Assembly (NCBI GenBank): GCA_963663865.1
Contig: OY760686.1
Coordinates: 1,856,001 to 1,920,000, forward strand
DNA: 64,000 bases
Origin: Spirochaetota bacterium
GTDB taxonomy: Bacteria; Spirochaetota; UBA4802; UBA5550
Reading direction: 5' to 3'
Shown: positions 8,241 through 18,481 of the stretch, piece after piece
Numbering within the stretch: the first letter of the stretch is position 1
Layout: each line of letters begins with the position of its first letter
The notes under the pieces: generated by a model
Seen by the model: the letters and a program-made list of their open reading frames with translations, nothing else
Told to the model about the DNA's origin: nothing
Databases searched by the model: none
Translations under genes and position numbers: made by a program

Positions 8241-10058
8241 ATGACTCAGCATAACAAAAGAGCAACAGGGACAATGCCGGATATCTTTCAGAAAAGAGCG
8301 GCAGAATACGGTGAACGTCAATGTGTTCTTTATAAAAAAGACGGTGTATATACGCCGATCTCATGGAACAGCATCAACAAAATGGTCAGGGGCCTGGCAT
8401 GCTACTTTTTGTCCAGAGGGGTGAAAAAAGGCGATAAGATAGCAGTCTTTTCGGAAAATAGATATGAGTGGTGGGTTGCTGACCTTGCTGCATTGTCTGT
8501 GGGAGCGGTTACTGTACCTGTATATTCGACAAATTCAGCTGAAGAAACATGGTATATCTTAAACAATTCAGGTTGTTCGGTTTGTGCTCTGTCAACGGAT
8601 TCACATCTTGAGAGGATCTTGAAAAACAAACGCAGGCTCAGCTCATTGAAGGAAATCATAATATTTGAGAAGCCCGGGGCAAAACAGCGTTCTGTGACAT
8701 GGATTGAAGACGCATGCGGAAAAAGAGGGCTTGATAAGTATGAAAAGGAGCTCGATAAACGAATCAAGTCAGTGAAGCCGTCTGATACAGCTACAGTAAT
8801 GTACACCTCAGGGACTACAGGCGATCCAAGAGGTGTTGTGCTGACTCACGACAATATATTTTCTCAGGTCGATAATATTTTCAAGAAGTCAGAGATATAC
8901 GGAAAGGTAATCCATACAGATATATTTCTTTCTTTTCTGCCGCTGTCACATGTGCTTGAAAGAACCGCGGGCTATTACGGGCCGATATATATAGGTGCCA
9001 CTGTAGCATTTGCTGAGAGCATTGCTACTTTGCTTGAGAATTTTAAAGAAGTCAGACCCACAATCGTTATCAGTGTTCCGAGAATATATGAGAAGGTTCA
9101 CGCCGGAATTATGGAGAAGGTGCATGAGGCCTCATTTGTCAAGAAGGCCATCTTCAGTCTGGCATTCACTGTCGCCAGGAAGAACCTTCCATATGTCTGT
9201 TCTGACAGAACGCCTGCCGGAGTTCTGGGCTCGCTTGTTTCTCTGATGGACAAACTGGTTTATTCAAAGCTAAAAGAGGCTCTGGGTTTTGACAGACTCC
9301 AGTTCGCAATCTCGGGCGGAGCGCCCCTGTCCCTCTCGGACGCCGAGTTCTTCATTGGAATGGGGCTTAAGATTCTGGAGGGCTATGGCCTGACTGAAAC
9401 CTCCCCGGTAACACATTTCAACAGGCCGGGGAAGATAAAGCAGGGTACGGTGGGTTATCCTCTTCTTGATACAGACATTAGAATATCGGACGAAGGGGAA
9501 ATCCAGGTTAAAGGCCGCCAGGTAATGAAGGGATATTATCGGGACACAAAGGGTACGAAGGCTGCCTTCACAGCAGATGGTTACTTTAAAACAGGGGATA
9601 TGGGGTTTGTGGATGAGGCCGGAAGGCTGATAATTACCGGCAGAATTAAGGATATTATTGTAACAGCGGGAGGGAAAAATATATCACCACAAAATATTGA
9701 GAACAGCCTCAAATCCTCTGTCTACATTGAGCAGGCTGCAATAATTGGAGACCGAAGGAAATTCATCTCAGCCCTTATCGTGCCATCATTCCCTGAATTG
9801 AAAAAATGGGCTAAAAGGAATTCCATTGATTATTCCGGCAACTCTGAACTCTTAAACTCTGAAGCCGTACACAAACTGTTTGAAGAAGAGATCACAAGGC
9901 TGACAGAGAGATTCTCAAGGGCCGAAAAGATTAAAAAATTCCGGCTGCTTGAGGCGGAGTGGAGTCAGGAGTCAGGAGAGCTGACTCCAAAACAAAGTGT
10001 TAAGCGCAGAATTATAGAAGCAAAATATAGAGATGAAATTGAATCCATGTATAAATAG
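8241..10058 (+). CDS. fadD: Long-chain fatty acid--CoA ligase, tandem paralogue
   Basis: YTSGTTGDPRG, SFLPLSH, EGYGLTET, KTGDMG, GRIKD. Collinear with the upstream copy. Start taken at ATG 8241 (ORF track opens at 8199). Confidence 0.92.
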   Translation: MTQHNKRATGTMPDIFQKRAAEYGERQCVLYKKDGVYTPISWNSINKMVRGLACYFLSRGVKKGDKIAVFSENRYEWWVADLAALSVGAVTVPVYSTNSAEETWYILNNSGCSVCALSTDSHLERILKNKRRLSSLKEIIIFEKPGAKQRSVTWIEDACGKRGLDKYEKELDKRIKSVKPSDTATVMYTSGTTGDPRGVVLTHDNIFSQVDNIFKKSEIYGKVIHTDIFLSFLPLSHVLERTAGYYGPIYIGATVAFAESIATLLENFKEVRPTIVISVPRIYEKVHAGIMEKVHEASFVKKAIFSLAFTVARKNLPYVCSDRTPAGVLGSLVSLMDKLVYSKLKEALGFDRLQFAISGGAPLSLSDAEFFIGMGLKILEGYGLTETSPVTHFNRPGKIKQGTVGYPLLDTDIRISDEGEIQVKGRQVMKGYYRDTKGTKAAFTADGYFKTGDMGFVDEAGRLIITGRIKDIIVTAGGKNISPQNIENSLKSSVYIEQAAIIGDRRKFISALIVPSFPELKKWAKRNSIDYSGNSELLNSEAVHKLFEEEITRLTERFSRAEKIKKFRLLEAEWSQESGELTPKQSVKRRIIEAKYRDEIESMYK

Positions 10059-10165
10059 TGCGTCTCCTATAATACGGAACGAAGGAAAGGCTTACCAAAT
10101 TATACATAACATTTCAAATACTTCTTTACATCCCGCGAACAATTAGTTTTGCTTTAATTGGTTTT

Positions 10166-10197
10166 GTAAAAGGCTGTCGATTAAGGCGGCCTTTTAC
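10166..10197 (+). terminator. Hairpin, possible terminator or attenuator, before the AGCS transporter
   Basis: GTAAAAGGCTGTC-GATTAA-GGCGGCCTTTTAC, a 13-bp stem with G-U pairs. Confidence 0.5.
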
Positions 10198-10264
10198 TTA
10201 AGCTTGACAGGAAATAAATGCCGTCAACGGTACTCGGCCGTGCGGCAGCGATAACGGTGGGTTT

Positions 10265-11602
10265 GTGCAGGAAATACACAGTCTTATAAAAAGCGTCAGC
10301 GATTTTCTCTGGGGAGCGCCGATGCTTGTTCTTCTTTTCGGTGTGCATATCTTCCTAACCGTAAGACTCGGTTTTATCCAGAGATACATTTTTAGAGGTA
10401 TCAGACTTTCATTTCGGAGCGAGGAAACAGGTAAGGGCGACATATCTCACTTTGCCTCGCTCTCAACAGCTCTTGCCGCCACAATAGGCACAGGAAATAT
10501 AATTGGAGTCGCAACAGCTGTATCGCTGGGAGGCCCCGGAGCCGTATTGTGGTGCTGGATGACTGGCGTCTTCGGGATTGCGACAAAGTACTCAGAAGCC
10601 GTTCTCGCCGTTAAATACAGAGTACAAACTGACAGGGGTACAATGGCGGGTGGCCCGATGTACGCTCTTGAAAAGGGCATGAAGTCAAGGACGCTGGCGG
10701 TGCTTTTCAGCGTTTTTACCGCATGCGCGGCATTCGGTATCGGCAACATGGTGCAGGCAAACGCCATTTCCAGCCTTGCCATGGAAACCTTCAGCATACC
10801 TTCCTGGATAACCGGGATTATGTTGACTTTGCTTGTCGCTGCTGTACTAATCGGCGGCATCAGGTCTATTGCAGGCTTCTGTTCACTCTTTGTCCCTCTA
10901 ATGGCTCTTTTGTATATTGGAGGCTGCATCGCTGTACTGATTATAAACAGCTCCTATTTGATTCCGGCCATTGAGGCGATTGTATCGTCTGCCTTCAGCA
11001 TTGAGGCTGTAGGCGGCGGCGCTGCGGGCGGGGGGGTAATCGCGGCAGCGAGATACGGCATAGCCCGGGGGCTTTTTTCTAACGAGTCAGGTCTTGGATC
11101 AGCGCCCATCGTAGCAGCTGCGGCACAGACAAGCAATCCGGTGAGACAGGGGCTTGTATCATCAACCGCGACTTTCTGGGACACGGTCGTAGTGTGCGCT
11201 CTTACGGGGCTTGTCGTAGTCACTGCGATTATTCGTGATCCGGTGAGCATGAACGGACTGGGAGGCGCGGTGCTTACAAAGGCTTCCTTTGAGTCCATTC
11301 CTGTAGCGGGACCTCTGCTTTTAAATGTGGGCCTGTTGACATTTGTTTTTTCAACTATTCTGGGTTGGTCATACTACGGAGAAAGGGCAGTCGAATATCT
11401 TACAGGTCAAAGGGGAATTCTGCCCTACAGGTTTCTCTGGGTAGGCGCTGTATTCGCGGGTTCAGTGATGTCTCTGCCACTGGTCTGGGATCTCGCGGAT
11501 GTCATGAACGCGTTGATGGCATTCCCGAACCTGATTGCGCTGATATTTCTAAGCGGTGTTGTAGCATCTGAGACCGGTAAGCATATCCGCTCATGTAAAT
11601 AG
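10265..11602 (+). CDS. Alanine/glycine:cation symporter (AGCS family)
   Basis: ATIGTGNIIGVA, GGPGAVLW, GGPMY, RGLFSNESGLGSAP, GWSYYGE, MAFPNL motifs. GTG start. Confidence 0.93.
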   Translation: MQEIHSLIKSVSDFLWGAPMLVLLFGVHIFLTVRLGFIQRYIFRGIRLSFRSEETGKGDISHFASLSTALAATIGTGNIIGVATAVSLGGPGAVLWCWMTGVFGIATKYSEAVLAVKYRVQTDRGTMAGGPMYALEKGMKSRTLAVLFSVFTACAAFGIGNMVQANAISSLAMETFSIPSWITGIMLTLLVAAVLIGGIRSIAGFCSLFVPLMALLYIGGCIAVLIINSSYLIPAIEAIVSSAFSIEAVGGGAAGGGVIAAARYGIARGLFSNESGLGSAPIVAAAAQTSNPVRQGLVSSTATFWDTVVVCALTGLVVVTAIIRDPVSMNGLGGAVLTKASFESIPVAGPLLLNVGLLTFVFSTILGWSYYGERAVEYLTGQRGILPYRFLWVGAVFAGSVMSLPLVWDLADVMNALMAFPNLIALIFLSGVVASETGKHIRSCK

Positions 11603-11633
11603 CATACAGATAGGGATATGCCTGCGGTCTCAT

Positions 11634-13310
11634 CTACTTGAAAAAGTCCATGTCATCCTTGAGCGTTTCAGCAACAGAAGCTATCTCTTCAGTGCTTGCA
11701 GTCAGCTGTTCTGCTCCGGAGGCGTTCGCCTGAACGAGATTGCTTACCTCTGAAAGAGAATTTACGACCTCAATGATGGCGCTTTTTTCTTCGTCAATAG
11801 CGCCCTTTATCTCGTGGGTGATCCTGTTAACTTCTTCAGCTTTGTAGTTGACCTTCGTGTTGATATCAACCTGAATTTCCATCGTTGAACCGATTTTGTT
11901 CATCATTTCTGAGGCCATAACGATGCCTTTCATTATCTCATCAATTTGAGTGGAAGCGTCATCAAGCGTGAGCACCCCCTTGTTGATTTCGTTGTCGTTT
12001 TTCATAAGCAGGGAGCTTATTTCGCCTATGCTTGTTGCTGTTTCATCCGCAAGTTTTGATATCTCATCAGCAACAACAGCAAAGCCGCGGCCTGAATCTC
12101 CGGCTCTTGCCGCCTCTATCGCGGCGTTTAATGATAGAAGGTTTATCTGGTCGGATATATCTGTGATGAGATTTATGATATTACGCACATCAGACGAGCT
12201 TTTTGAAATGTTCTGCATACTCAGTTTCATGTTGCTCAGCGCTTTAACGCTCATGTCGGCTTTTTCTGATATTGATGAGCTTGATTTTACATTTTCTCTG
12301 ATAAGAACCTTCATTTCGTCGATGAGCCTGGAGAGATTGGTCATTTCGTCTATAAGGTCCGCCAGCTCAGAATTCTGGGTGTTTGCCTGGTCGGCTATTC
12401 TCTCCATGCTGGCCGAGAGTTCTTCGATTGTCGCGGTTATCTCCTCAATGGAAGATGCCTCGCTCTGAGCGTTGTTAGAAAATGAATTGGCGGATGCGGC
12501 GATTTCGGTTGATGAAGACGCTAACTGGGATGAGTAGTCCTTGCTTTTGAGAATCAGATTGTTTATTATAACCATAAAGGAGTTGAAATGATCCGCAATA
12601 GCCTGAAATTCGTCATGGGTTCTTATTTCGAACCTCTTGGATATATCCCCCGTGCTGATGACCTCTACTGTCTTTCTGATGGAGTTAATCGAAAAGGATA
12701 TTGATTTGACAGTCTTGAACAGAACAATCAAAATGAAAAAAGCCAGAAATGCCATAGATGAGGCGTTTATTGTATTAGCTGTTTTGTTGAAGCTTTCAAG
12801 CTCTTCTTCAAGCTCCTGCATCTTTGAATTGCTGAGCTCGGTTATCTCCCTGAGCTGAGTCTGGAGTTTTTGAAGAGGTTGTGTAACGTAGCTGGAGTAG
12901 GCCTCCATTTTTTTTGCGGTATCCGGGGATTTCTGCACTTCTTCGGCCCCATGGTGTATCCTGGAATGAACTTCCTCCATCTCTTTGAATATTTTTTTCT
13001 GAGCTTCCGACATCACTGCAGGGCCGCCCTCGGGCCTGTGGGAGTTGTACCATTTGCCGAAGTTGCACTTTGAAGGATCCAGTTCACCTGCAAAAGATGA
13101 ACCGGAACATATAGAATTTATCAGGCCGTTCGCCCAGAGAAGGTGCTGATTGTACAGCTCGCTCATGCTGAGATTCAGATCAGCGAGCTTTGATATCTGT
13201 TCTTCCCGTTTTGACTGATTGAGGTTGATGAAATAAATCAGGCTGAATTCGGCGGTTAATAATATTCCGATTATTATAAAACTTAAAACGAGCCTTCTTC
13301 TAATTGTCAT
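11634..13310 (-). CDS. Methyl-accepting chemotaxis protein, TM-CZB-TM-HAMP-MA architecture
   Basis: MA core [38 protein letters not shown] (GDISKR...DEF), CZB motifs HLLW / CNFGKWY / HSRIH. Confidence 0.92.
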   Translation of the reverse strand: MTIRRRLVLSFIIIGILLTAEFSLIYFINLNQSKREEQISKLADLNLSMSELYNQHLLWANGLINSICSGSSFAGELDPSKCNFGKWYNSHRPEGGPAVMSEAQKKIFKEMEEVHSRIHHGAEEVQKSPDTAKKMEAYSSYVTQPLQKLQTQLREITELSNSKMQELEEELESFNKTANTINASSMAFLAFFILIVLFKTVKSISFSINSIRKTVEVISTGDISKRFEIRTHDEFQAIADHFNSFMVIINNLILKSKDYSSQLASSSTEIAASANSFSNNAQSEASSIEEITATIEELSASMERIADQANTQNSELADLIDEMTNLSRLIDEMKVLIRENVKSSSSISEKADMSVKALSNMKLSMQNISKSSSDVRNIINLITDISDQINLLSLNAAIEAARAGDSGRGFAVVADEISKLADETATSIGEISSLLMKNDNEINKGVLTLDDASTQIDEIMKGIVMASEMMNKIGSTMEIQVDINTKVNYKAEEVNRITHEIKGAIDEEKSAIIEVVNSLSEVSNLVQANASGAEQLTASTEEIASVAETLKDDMDFFK

Positions 13311-13352
13311 ATTGATCCTTCGAACAGATAATCTTGATTAAGTTGCTCTGGC

Positions 13353-13381
13353 ATTATGGGAAAATAATATTTATACGTCAA
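13353..13381 (-). promoter_or_regulatory. Putative sigma70 promoter of the MCP gene
   Basis: Minus strand TTGACG-N17-CATAAT. Confidence 0.55.
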
Positions 13382-13745
13382 AGTAAAAAATTTTAGTATT
13401 AGAAATTAAAACAAATCCGGATTGATTTAGGGCGGTATAGCTATTGATGACGAATATATAGAGCTGACACTTTAATATACAGTTTAGACTTTCATTCTAA
13501 CCGGATTCAATTTTGTTATCTCTCATTCAAAGATTAAAAAACAAACAGATATCGCCTCAATATCAGGTCTATATTTTAATCTTTAAACTATTTTATTGGA
13601 ATTATGGTAATCTGAAATCAGGATTCAACGATTTATTGTTGATAATTTGATACTGGTTTTTTTATTGTCTTAGCTGTTTAAATATGTAAACTGTTTTGCG
13701 GGTTTATCGCGATTGCTCTCATATTTATTTCCGGAGAAAGGCTTT

Positions 13746-15662
13746 ATGGTAAAAAAAGAGGTTTTAGACCGCTGGACCATTGAGGATTCAGTGGACGTTT
13801 ATGGCATCAATAACTGGGGCGCCGGGTATTTTAATATTTCTCCATCCGGTGATGTGGTAGTGACCCCATTTAAAGATAAAAAGATATCTGTAAGCCTGAA
13901 GGATGTTATAGACGGAATTGAGGACAGAGGCATGGATATGCCGGTTCTGTTGAGACTCGAAAACCTCCTTGATGCCCAGCTTTCGAATCTTCACAACAGC
14001 TTTCAGAAGGCCATTGACCAGTTCAATTACCGGGGGGCTTACAGAGGTGTTTTCCCTATCAAGGTCAACCAGCAGCAGCAGGTAATTGAAGAGATATCAC
14101 GGTATGGAGCAAAGTATCATCACGGGCTCGAAGCCGGGAGCAAGGCCGAGCTTATAGTGGCAATATCGATGATAAGCGATCCGGAGGCCTGTATTATATG
14201 CAACGGCTACAAGGATGAAGAGTTTGTTGATCTCGGACTGTTCGCTCTTAAAATGGGCTATAAGTGCATTTTTGTCCTTGAGATGCCCGGCGAACTGCCT
14301 TTGATAGTCGAAAGGGCAAAAAAGCTGGGTGTTAAACCGCTAATCGGCGTGCGTCTCAAGCTGTCATCAAAGGCCGGAGGGCACTGGAGTGAGTCGGGGG
14401 GAGATAGAAGCATATTCGGTCTTAACACCTCACAGCTTATTGATGTAGTGGACCAGCTCAAGAAATATGAGATGCTTGATTCTCTACAGCTTCTTCACTA
14501 CCATCTTGGTTCGCAAATTCCAAACATCAGGGATATAAGGTCGGCTGTGGTTGAAGCAGTCAGGATATACGCGGAGCTTGTAAAAGAAGGGGCCAGCATG
14601 GGTTACCTCGATTTAGGTGGAGGTCTTGCTGTAGACTATGACGGTTCCAAGACGAACAGTATTAATAGCATGAACTATACTCTCGATGAGTACTGCGCCG
14701 ATATAATAGAAGTTATCATGAATATTCTGGACGATATGTCTATTGAGCATCCTGTTATCATTACGGAATCGGGTAGAGCGACTGTAGCGTACTACTCGGT
14801 GCTTCTTTTCAACGTTCTTGATGTCACCAGGTTTGAGGAAAAGCCTCTTCCTCAGATTGATCCCGAAAATTCTCATGAGCTTATTGTTAACCTTCTCGAA
14901 GTATATCAAACTGTTAACTCGCGCAATATCCAGGAGTGTTTCAACGATGCCCTTTTTTACAGGGATGAGATCAGGCAGCTGTTTAAACATGGCGGAATAA
15001 CATTGAGGGAAAGATCTCTTGCGGAGAATATTTTCTGGAATAATATTAACCTCATAGCTAAGATGACTGAAGATCTTAAGAGAGTTCCCCATGCCCTGGA
15101 CGGCCTGGAATCCTCTCTGTCGGATATCTACTACTGCAATTTCAGTGTTTTTCAGTCTCTCCCTGATTCATGGGCGATAGATCATATTTTCCCTGTGATG
15201 CCCATCCACCGTCTGAAAGAAGCTCCTATGAGAAACGCCATCATTGCCGATATTACATGCGACTGTGACGGAATGATTGACAGATTTACGTGCTTTAACG
15301 AGATAAGAAAGACACTGCCTCTTCATGAGAAAAAAGAAAATGAGGAGTACTATCTCGGTGTTTTTCTTGTCGGGGCTTATCAGGAGACTCTTGGAGATCT
15401 GCATAATCTCATGGGAGATACAAATGTAATAAGTATTCGAATTAACAATAATGGAGACTTTGATTTTGTAAGGGAGCTTGAGGGAGACTCTGTTTCAGAT
15501 GTCCTGTCCTATGTTGAATACAATCCGAAAGACCTCGTGGAAATGTTTAGGGACAGAGCTGAAAAGGCAGTCCGAAGCGGCAAAATATCAGCCGCGGAAA
15601 GAAGGCTGATAATGAAGGCTTTTGAAAACGGACTTAGCGGCTACACATATTTCGAAAAATAA
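13746..15662 (+). CDS. speA: Biosynthetic arginine decarboxylase
   Basis: PLP-lysine motif FPIKVNQ, GLEAGSKAEL, CNGYKD, HYHLGSQI, DLGGGLAVDYDG, ESGRA, NFSVFQSLPDSW, DITCDCDG, GAYQE. Start taken at ATG 13746. Confidence 0.97.
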   Translation: MVKKEVLDRWTIEDSVDVYGINNWGAGYFNISPSGDVVVTPFKDKKISVSLKDVIDGIEDRGMDMPVLLRLENLLDAQLSNLHNSFQKAIDQFNYRGAYRGVFPIKVNQQQQVIEEISRYGAKYHHGLEAGSKAELIVAISMISDPEACIICNGYKDEEFVDLGLFALKMGYKCIFVLEMPGELPLIVERAKKLGVKPLIGVRLKLSSKAGGHWSESGGDRSIFGLNTSQLIDVVDQLKKYEMLDSLQLLHYHLGSQIPNIRDIRSAVVEAVRIYAELVKEGASMGYLDLGGGLAVDYDGSKTNSINSMNYTLDEYCADIIEVIMNILDDMSIEHPVIITESGRATVAYYSVLLFNVLDVTRFEEKPLPQIDPENSHELIVNLLEVYQTVNSRNIQECFNDALFYRDEIRQLFKHGGITLRERSLAENIFWNNINLIAKMTEDLKRVPHALDGLESSLSDIYYCNFSVFQSLPDSWAIDHIFPVMPIHRLKEAPMRNAIIADITCDCDGMIDRFTCFNEIRKTLPLHEKKENEEYYLGVFLVGAYQETLGDLHNLMGDTNVISIRINNNGDFDFVRELEGDSVSDVLSYVEYNPKDLVEMFRDRAEKAVRSGKISAAERRLIMKAFENGLSGYTYFEK

Positions 15663-15678
15663 TTCAAGGAGGGGCAAT

Positions 15679-16857
15679 ATGTCTCGAGTGTTGATAATCG
15701 GCGCCGGAGGTGTCGGACAGGTTGTGACTCATAAATGCTCTCAGCATCCGGATGTTTTCAGCGATATTATGCTGGCAAGCAGGACAAAGTCAAAATGCGA
15801 TAAAATAGCCTCACAGTTGAAAAGACCGATTCAGACCGCTCAGGTTGACGCGGATAATGTCCCTCAGCTTGTCGATCTCATAAAGTCTTTCAAGCCGGAA
15901 CTGGTAATCAATGTCGCTCTTCCGTACCAGGATCTGACGATTATGGATGCTTGCCTTGAAACGGGAGTTAACTATCTTGATACGGCCAATTATGAGCCGA
16001 GGGATGAGGCAAAGTTCTGCTACAAATGGCAGTGGGAATACCATGAAAAATTCGAACAAAAGGGATTACTGGCCTTGCTGGGAAGCGGATTTGACCCAGG
16101 TGCAACCAATGTCTTTACGGCCTATGCCAGGAAGCATCATTTCGATAAAATTGAAACGCTTGATATCATTGACTGCAACGCAGGTGATCACGGACAGCCC
16201 TTCGCTACAAACTTTAACCCTGAGATAAACATACGGGAGGTTACTGCCAGGGGGAAATTCTACGATAACGGTCAGTGGAAAGAGACAGATCCTCTCAGTG
16301 TAAAAATGGATTTTGAATTTCCTGAGGGCATCGGTGAAAAGAAGATTTATCTCATGTATCATGAGGAGCTTGAATCGCTTGTAAAGCATATCCCTGAAAT
16401 AAAACAGGCAAGGTTCTGGATGACATTCGGAGATAATTACTTAAAGTACCTTGAAGTACTCCAAAATGTGGGGATGACGAGAATTGATCCGGTAATCTAT
16501 AACGGACAGGAAATAGTTCCGTTGCAGTTTTTGAAATCAGTGCTGCCTGATCCATCTTCCCTTGGCCCGCTGACGAAGGGGAAAACCTGTATTGGATGCC
16601 TGATTGACGGAGAGAAAAACAATAACAAGGTTCAATATTATATATATAACATCTGCGATCATGAAGAGGCTTACAAAGAGGTCCAATCACAGGCAATCTC
16701 TTACACCACAGGAGTTCCTGCCATGATTGGAGCAATGATGATTCTAACAGGAAAATGGAAAGGGAAGGGGGTTTTCAACATGGAGCAGTTTGATCCCGAT
16801 CCTTTTATGGAAAAGATGAACGAGTGCGGCCTTCCGTGGAAAGAGGTTTTTCTTTGA
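15679..16857 (+). CDS. Carboxy(nor)spermidine dehydrogenase (saccharopine dehydrogenase family, CASDH)
   Basis: IIGAGGVG, NVALPYQDL, YLDTANYE, GSGFDPG, FATNFNPEINIRE, QAISYTTGVP. Directly upstream of nspC. RBS AGGAGG before ATG 15679. Confidence 0.93.
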   Translation: MSRVLIIGAGGVGQVVTHKCSQHPDVFSDIMLASRTKSKCDKIASQLKRPIQTAQVDADNVPQLVDLIKSFKPELVINVALPYQDLTIMDACLETGVNYLDTANYEPRDEAKFCYKWQWEYHEKFEQKGLLALLGSGFDPGATNVFTAYARKHHFDKIETLDIIDCNAGDHGQPFATNFNPEINIREVTARGKFYDNGQWKETDPLSVKMDFEFPEGIGEKKIYLMYHEELESLVKHIPEIKQARFWMTFGDNYLKYLEVLQNVGMTRIDPVIYNGQEIVPLQFLKSVLPDPSSLGPLTKGKTCIGCLIDGEKNNNKVQYYIYNICDHEEAYKEVQSQAISYTTGVPAMIGAMMILTGKWKGKGVFNMEQFDPDPFMEKMNECGLPWKEVFL

Positions 16858-16884
16858 TCAGGCTGACAAAAAGCAGGAAAAAGA

Positions 16885-18018
16885 ATGACAGGAAGCCATG
16901 AATTGAAAACGCCGTACTTTATTGTGCATGAGGACTTGCTTGAACGTAATCTGGAAATGCTTGCGTACGTCAAGGAAAAGACTGGATGCAGGATACTTCT
17001 CGCCCTGAAAGGTTTTGCCATGTTCAGCCTGTTTCCGATGATATCTGAATATCTTGACGGCGTATGCGCCAGTTCGCCTCATGAGGCAAGGCTGGGCAGA
17101 GAAGAATTCGGCGGAGAAGTTCACTCTTTTGCCGCCGCTTATAGTCCGGAAGATTTTGAAGAGCTTCTTCGCTATTCAGATCATATTGATTTCAATTCTT
17201 TTTCACAGCTTGACCGTTTCAGGGAAAGCGTTATAAAACAAGGCGGTACCGTAAGCTTTGGTCTCAGGGTTAATCCGGAGTACTCAGAGGCGCCGGTTGA
17301 AATGTACGATCCATGCGCGCCCTTTTCACGTCTTGGGATTCGCGCGTCGCAGTTTGAGGGAAAAAGCCTTGAAGGTATAACAGGGCTTCATTTTCATACG
17401 CTATGCGAACAGGATTCACCTGCGCTTCAAAGAACGCTAAGCGCCTTTGAAAATGGCTTTAAAGAATACATTGTCGGGATGAAGTGGATCAACTTTGGCG
17501 GCGGGCACCATATAACAAGGCCGGACTACGATATCGAACTGCTGATAAGGCTTATCTCTGATTTCAAAGAGAGATATGATGTTGAAATATACCTTGAGCC
17601 GGGAGAGGCTGTAGCTCTAAATACTGGCTTTCTTGTTTCAACTGTACTTGATATTATGCACAACGGTATGGATATAGCTGTGCTTGACACATCGGCTTCA
17701 TGCCATATGCCGGACGTTCTTGAAATGCCCTACAGACCGAATGTTTACGGAGCTGGCGTCCCTGGCGAAAAAGCTCACACATACAGATTCGGAGGAATCT
17801 CGTGTCTTGCCGGCGATGTCGTCGGTGATTACTCGTTTGATACGCCTCTTTCTCCGGGGGATCGGGTTGTGTTCCATGACATGGCCCATTACAGCATGGT
17901 CAAAACCAACACATTCAATGGAATACAGTTGCCTTCAATCGCTGTCAAGCGACGAAACAGTAAAATTGAGCTCATTAAAAGCTTTGGGTATACAGATTTT
18001 AAATCAAGGCTTTCCTGA
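16885..18018 (+). CDS. nspC: Carboxy(nor)spermidine decarboxylase
   Basis: LLALKGF, LRVNPE, YDPC...SRLG, GLHFHTLCEQ, NFGGGHHIT, LEPGEA, SCLAGD, HYSMVK motifs. Confidence 0.95.
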   Translation: MTGSHELKTPYFIVHEDLLERNLEMLAYVKEKTGCRILLALKGFAMFSLFPMISEYLDGVCASSPHEARLGREEFGGEVHSFAAAYSPEDFEELLRYSDHIDFNSFSQLDRFRESVIKQGGTVSFGLRVNPEYSEAPVEMYDPCAPFSRLGIRASQFEGKSLEGITGLHFHTLCEQDSPALQRTLSAFENGFKEYIVGMKWINFGGGHHITRPDYDIELLIRLISDFKERYDVEIYLEPGEAVALNTGFLVSTVLDIMHNGMDIAVLDTSASCHMPDVLEMPYRPNVYGAGVPGEKAHTYRFGGISCLAGDVVGDYSFDTPLSPGDRVVFHDMAHYSMVKTNTFNGIQLPSIAVKRRNSKIELIKSFGYTDFKSRLS

Positions 18019-18113
18019 AAAATGATGCTGTTTTGACAATATCAGAGAAGATTTATTGTTTGACTAAGAATTGCGAAGAGTAATAATAGTGCATGCAAAT
18101 TGCGAGGTCATGT

Positions 18114-18422
18114 ATGAAATTATCAAAAAGAATTAACAGGGAATTTTTAATCATTGATATCAACGAAGATATTTCAATGGAGAACGCTCATGAACTTGAT
18201 GAGTATATTCAAAAAAGTATTAATTCAGCTTTAAATAAAGTCGTACTTAATATTCAGGCCGTAAACTATGTAAACAGCTTTGCTCTGGGTGTGCTTATCA
18301 AGACGATGCAGACGATTGAGAAAAAAGGGCACGAATTTTATCTGATGAATGTAACCCCAAGTGTTAAAACACTTTTCAAGGTAACCGGGCTGTCGGATAA
18401 GTTTAAAATATATTCAGAGTAA
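18114..18422 (+). CDS. STAS domain protein (anti-sigma-factor antagonist type)
   Basis: VVLNIQAVNYVNSFALGVLI...VKTLFKVTGL. Start uncertain (18093 or 18114). Confidence 0.85.
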   Translation: MKLSKRINREFLIIDINEDISMENAHELDEYIQKSINSALNKVVLNIQAVNYVNSFALGVLIKTMQTIEKKGHEFYLMNVTPSVKTLFKVTGLSDKFKIYSE

Positions 18423-18426
18423 CAGA

Positions 18427-18459
18427 ATATCCGGGAATGTGTTGAAGACTCCCGGATAT
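18427..18459. terminator. Hairpin between convergent STAS and HU genes
   Basis: ATATCCGGGA / TCCCGGATAT perfect 10-bp inverted repeat. Confidence 0.65.
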
Positions 18460-18481
18460 CAGTTATGTATGGAAGAGCTAA

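Noticed and set aside
10059-10264. Glycine riboswitch upstream of the AGCS symporter
   Set aside because: Expected from context, but I could not find the GGAGA...CCGAAG...CTCTCAGG aptamer cores. Only one hairpin is present.
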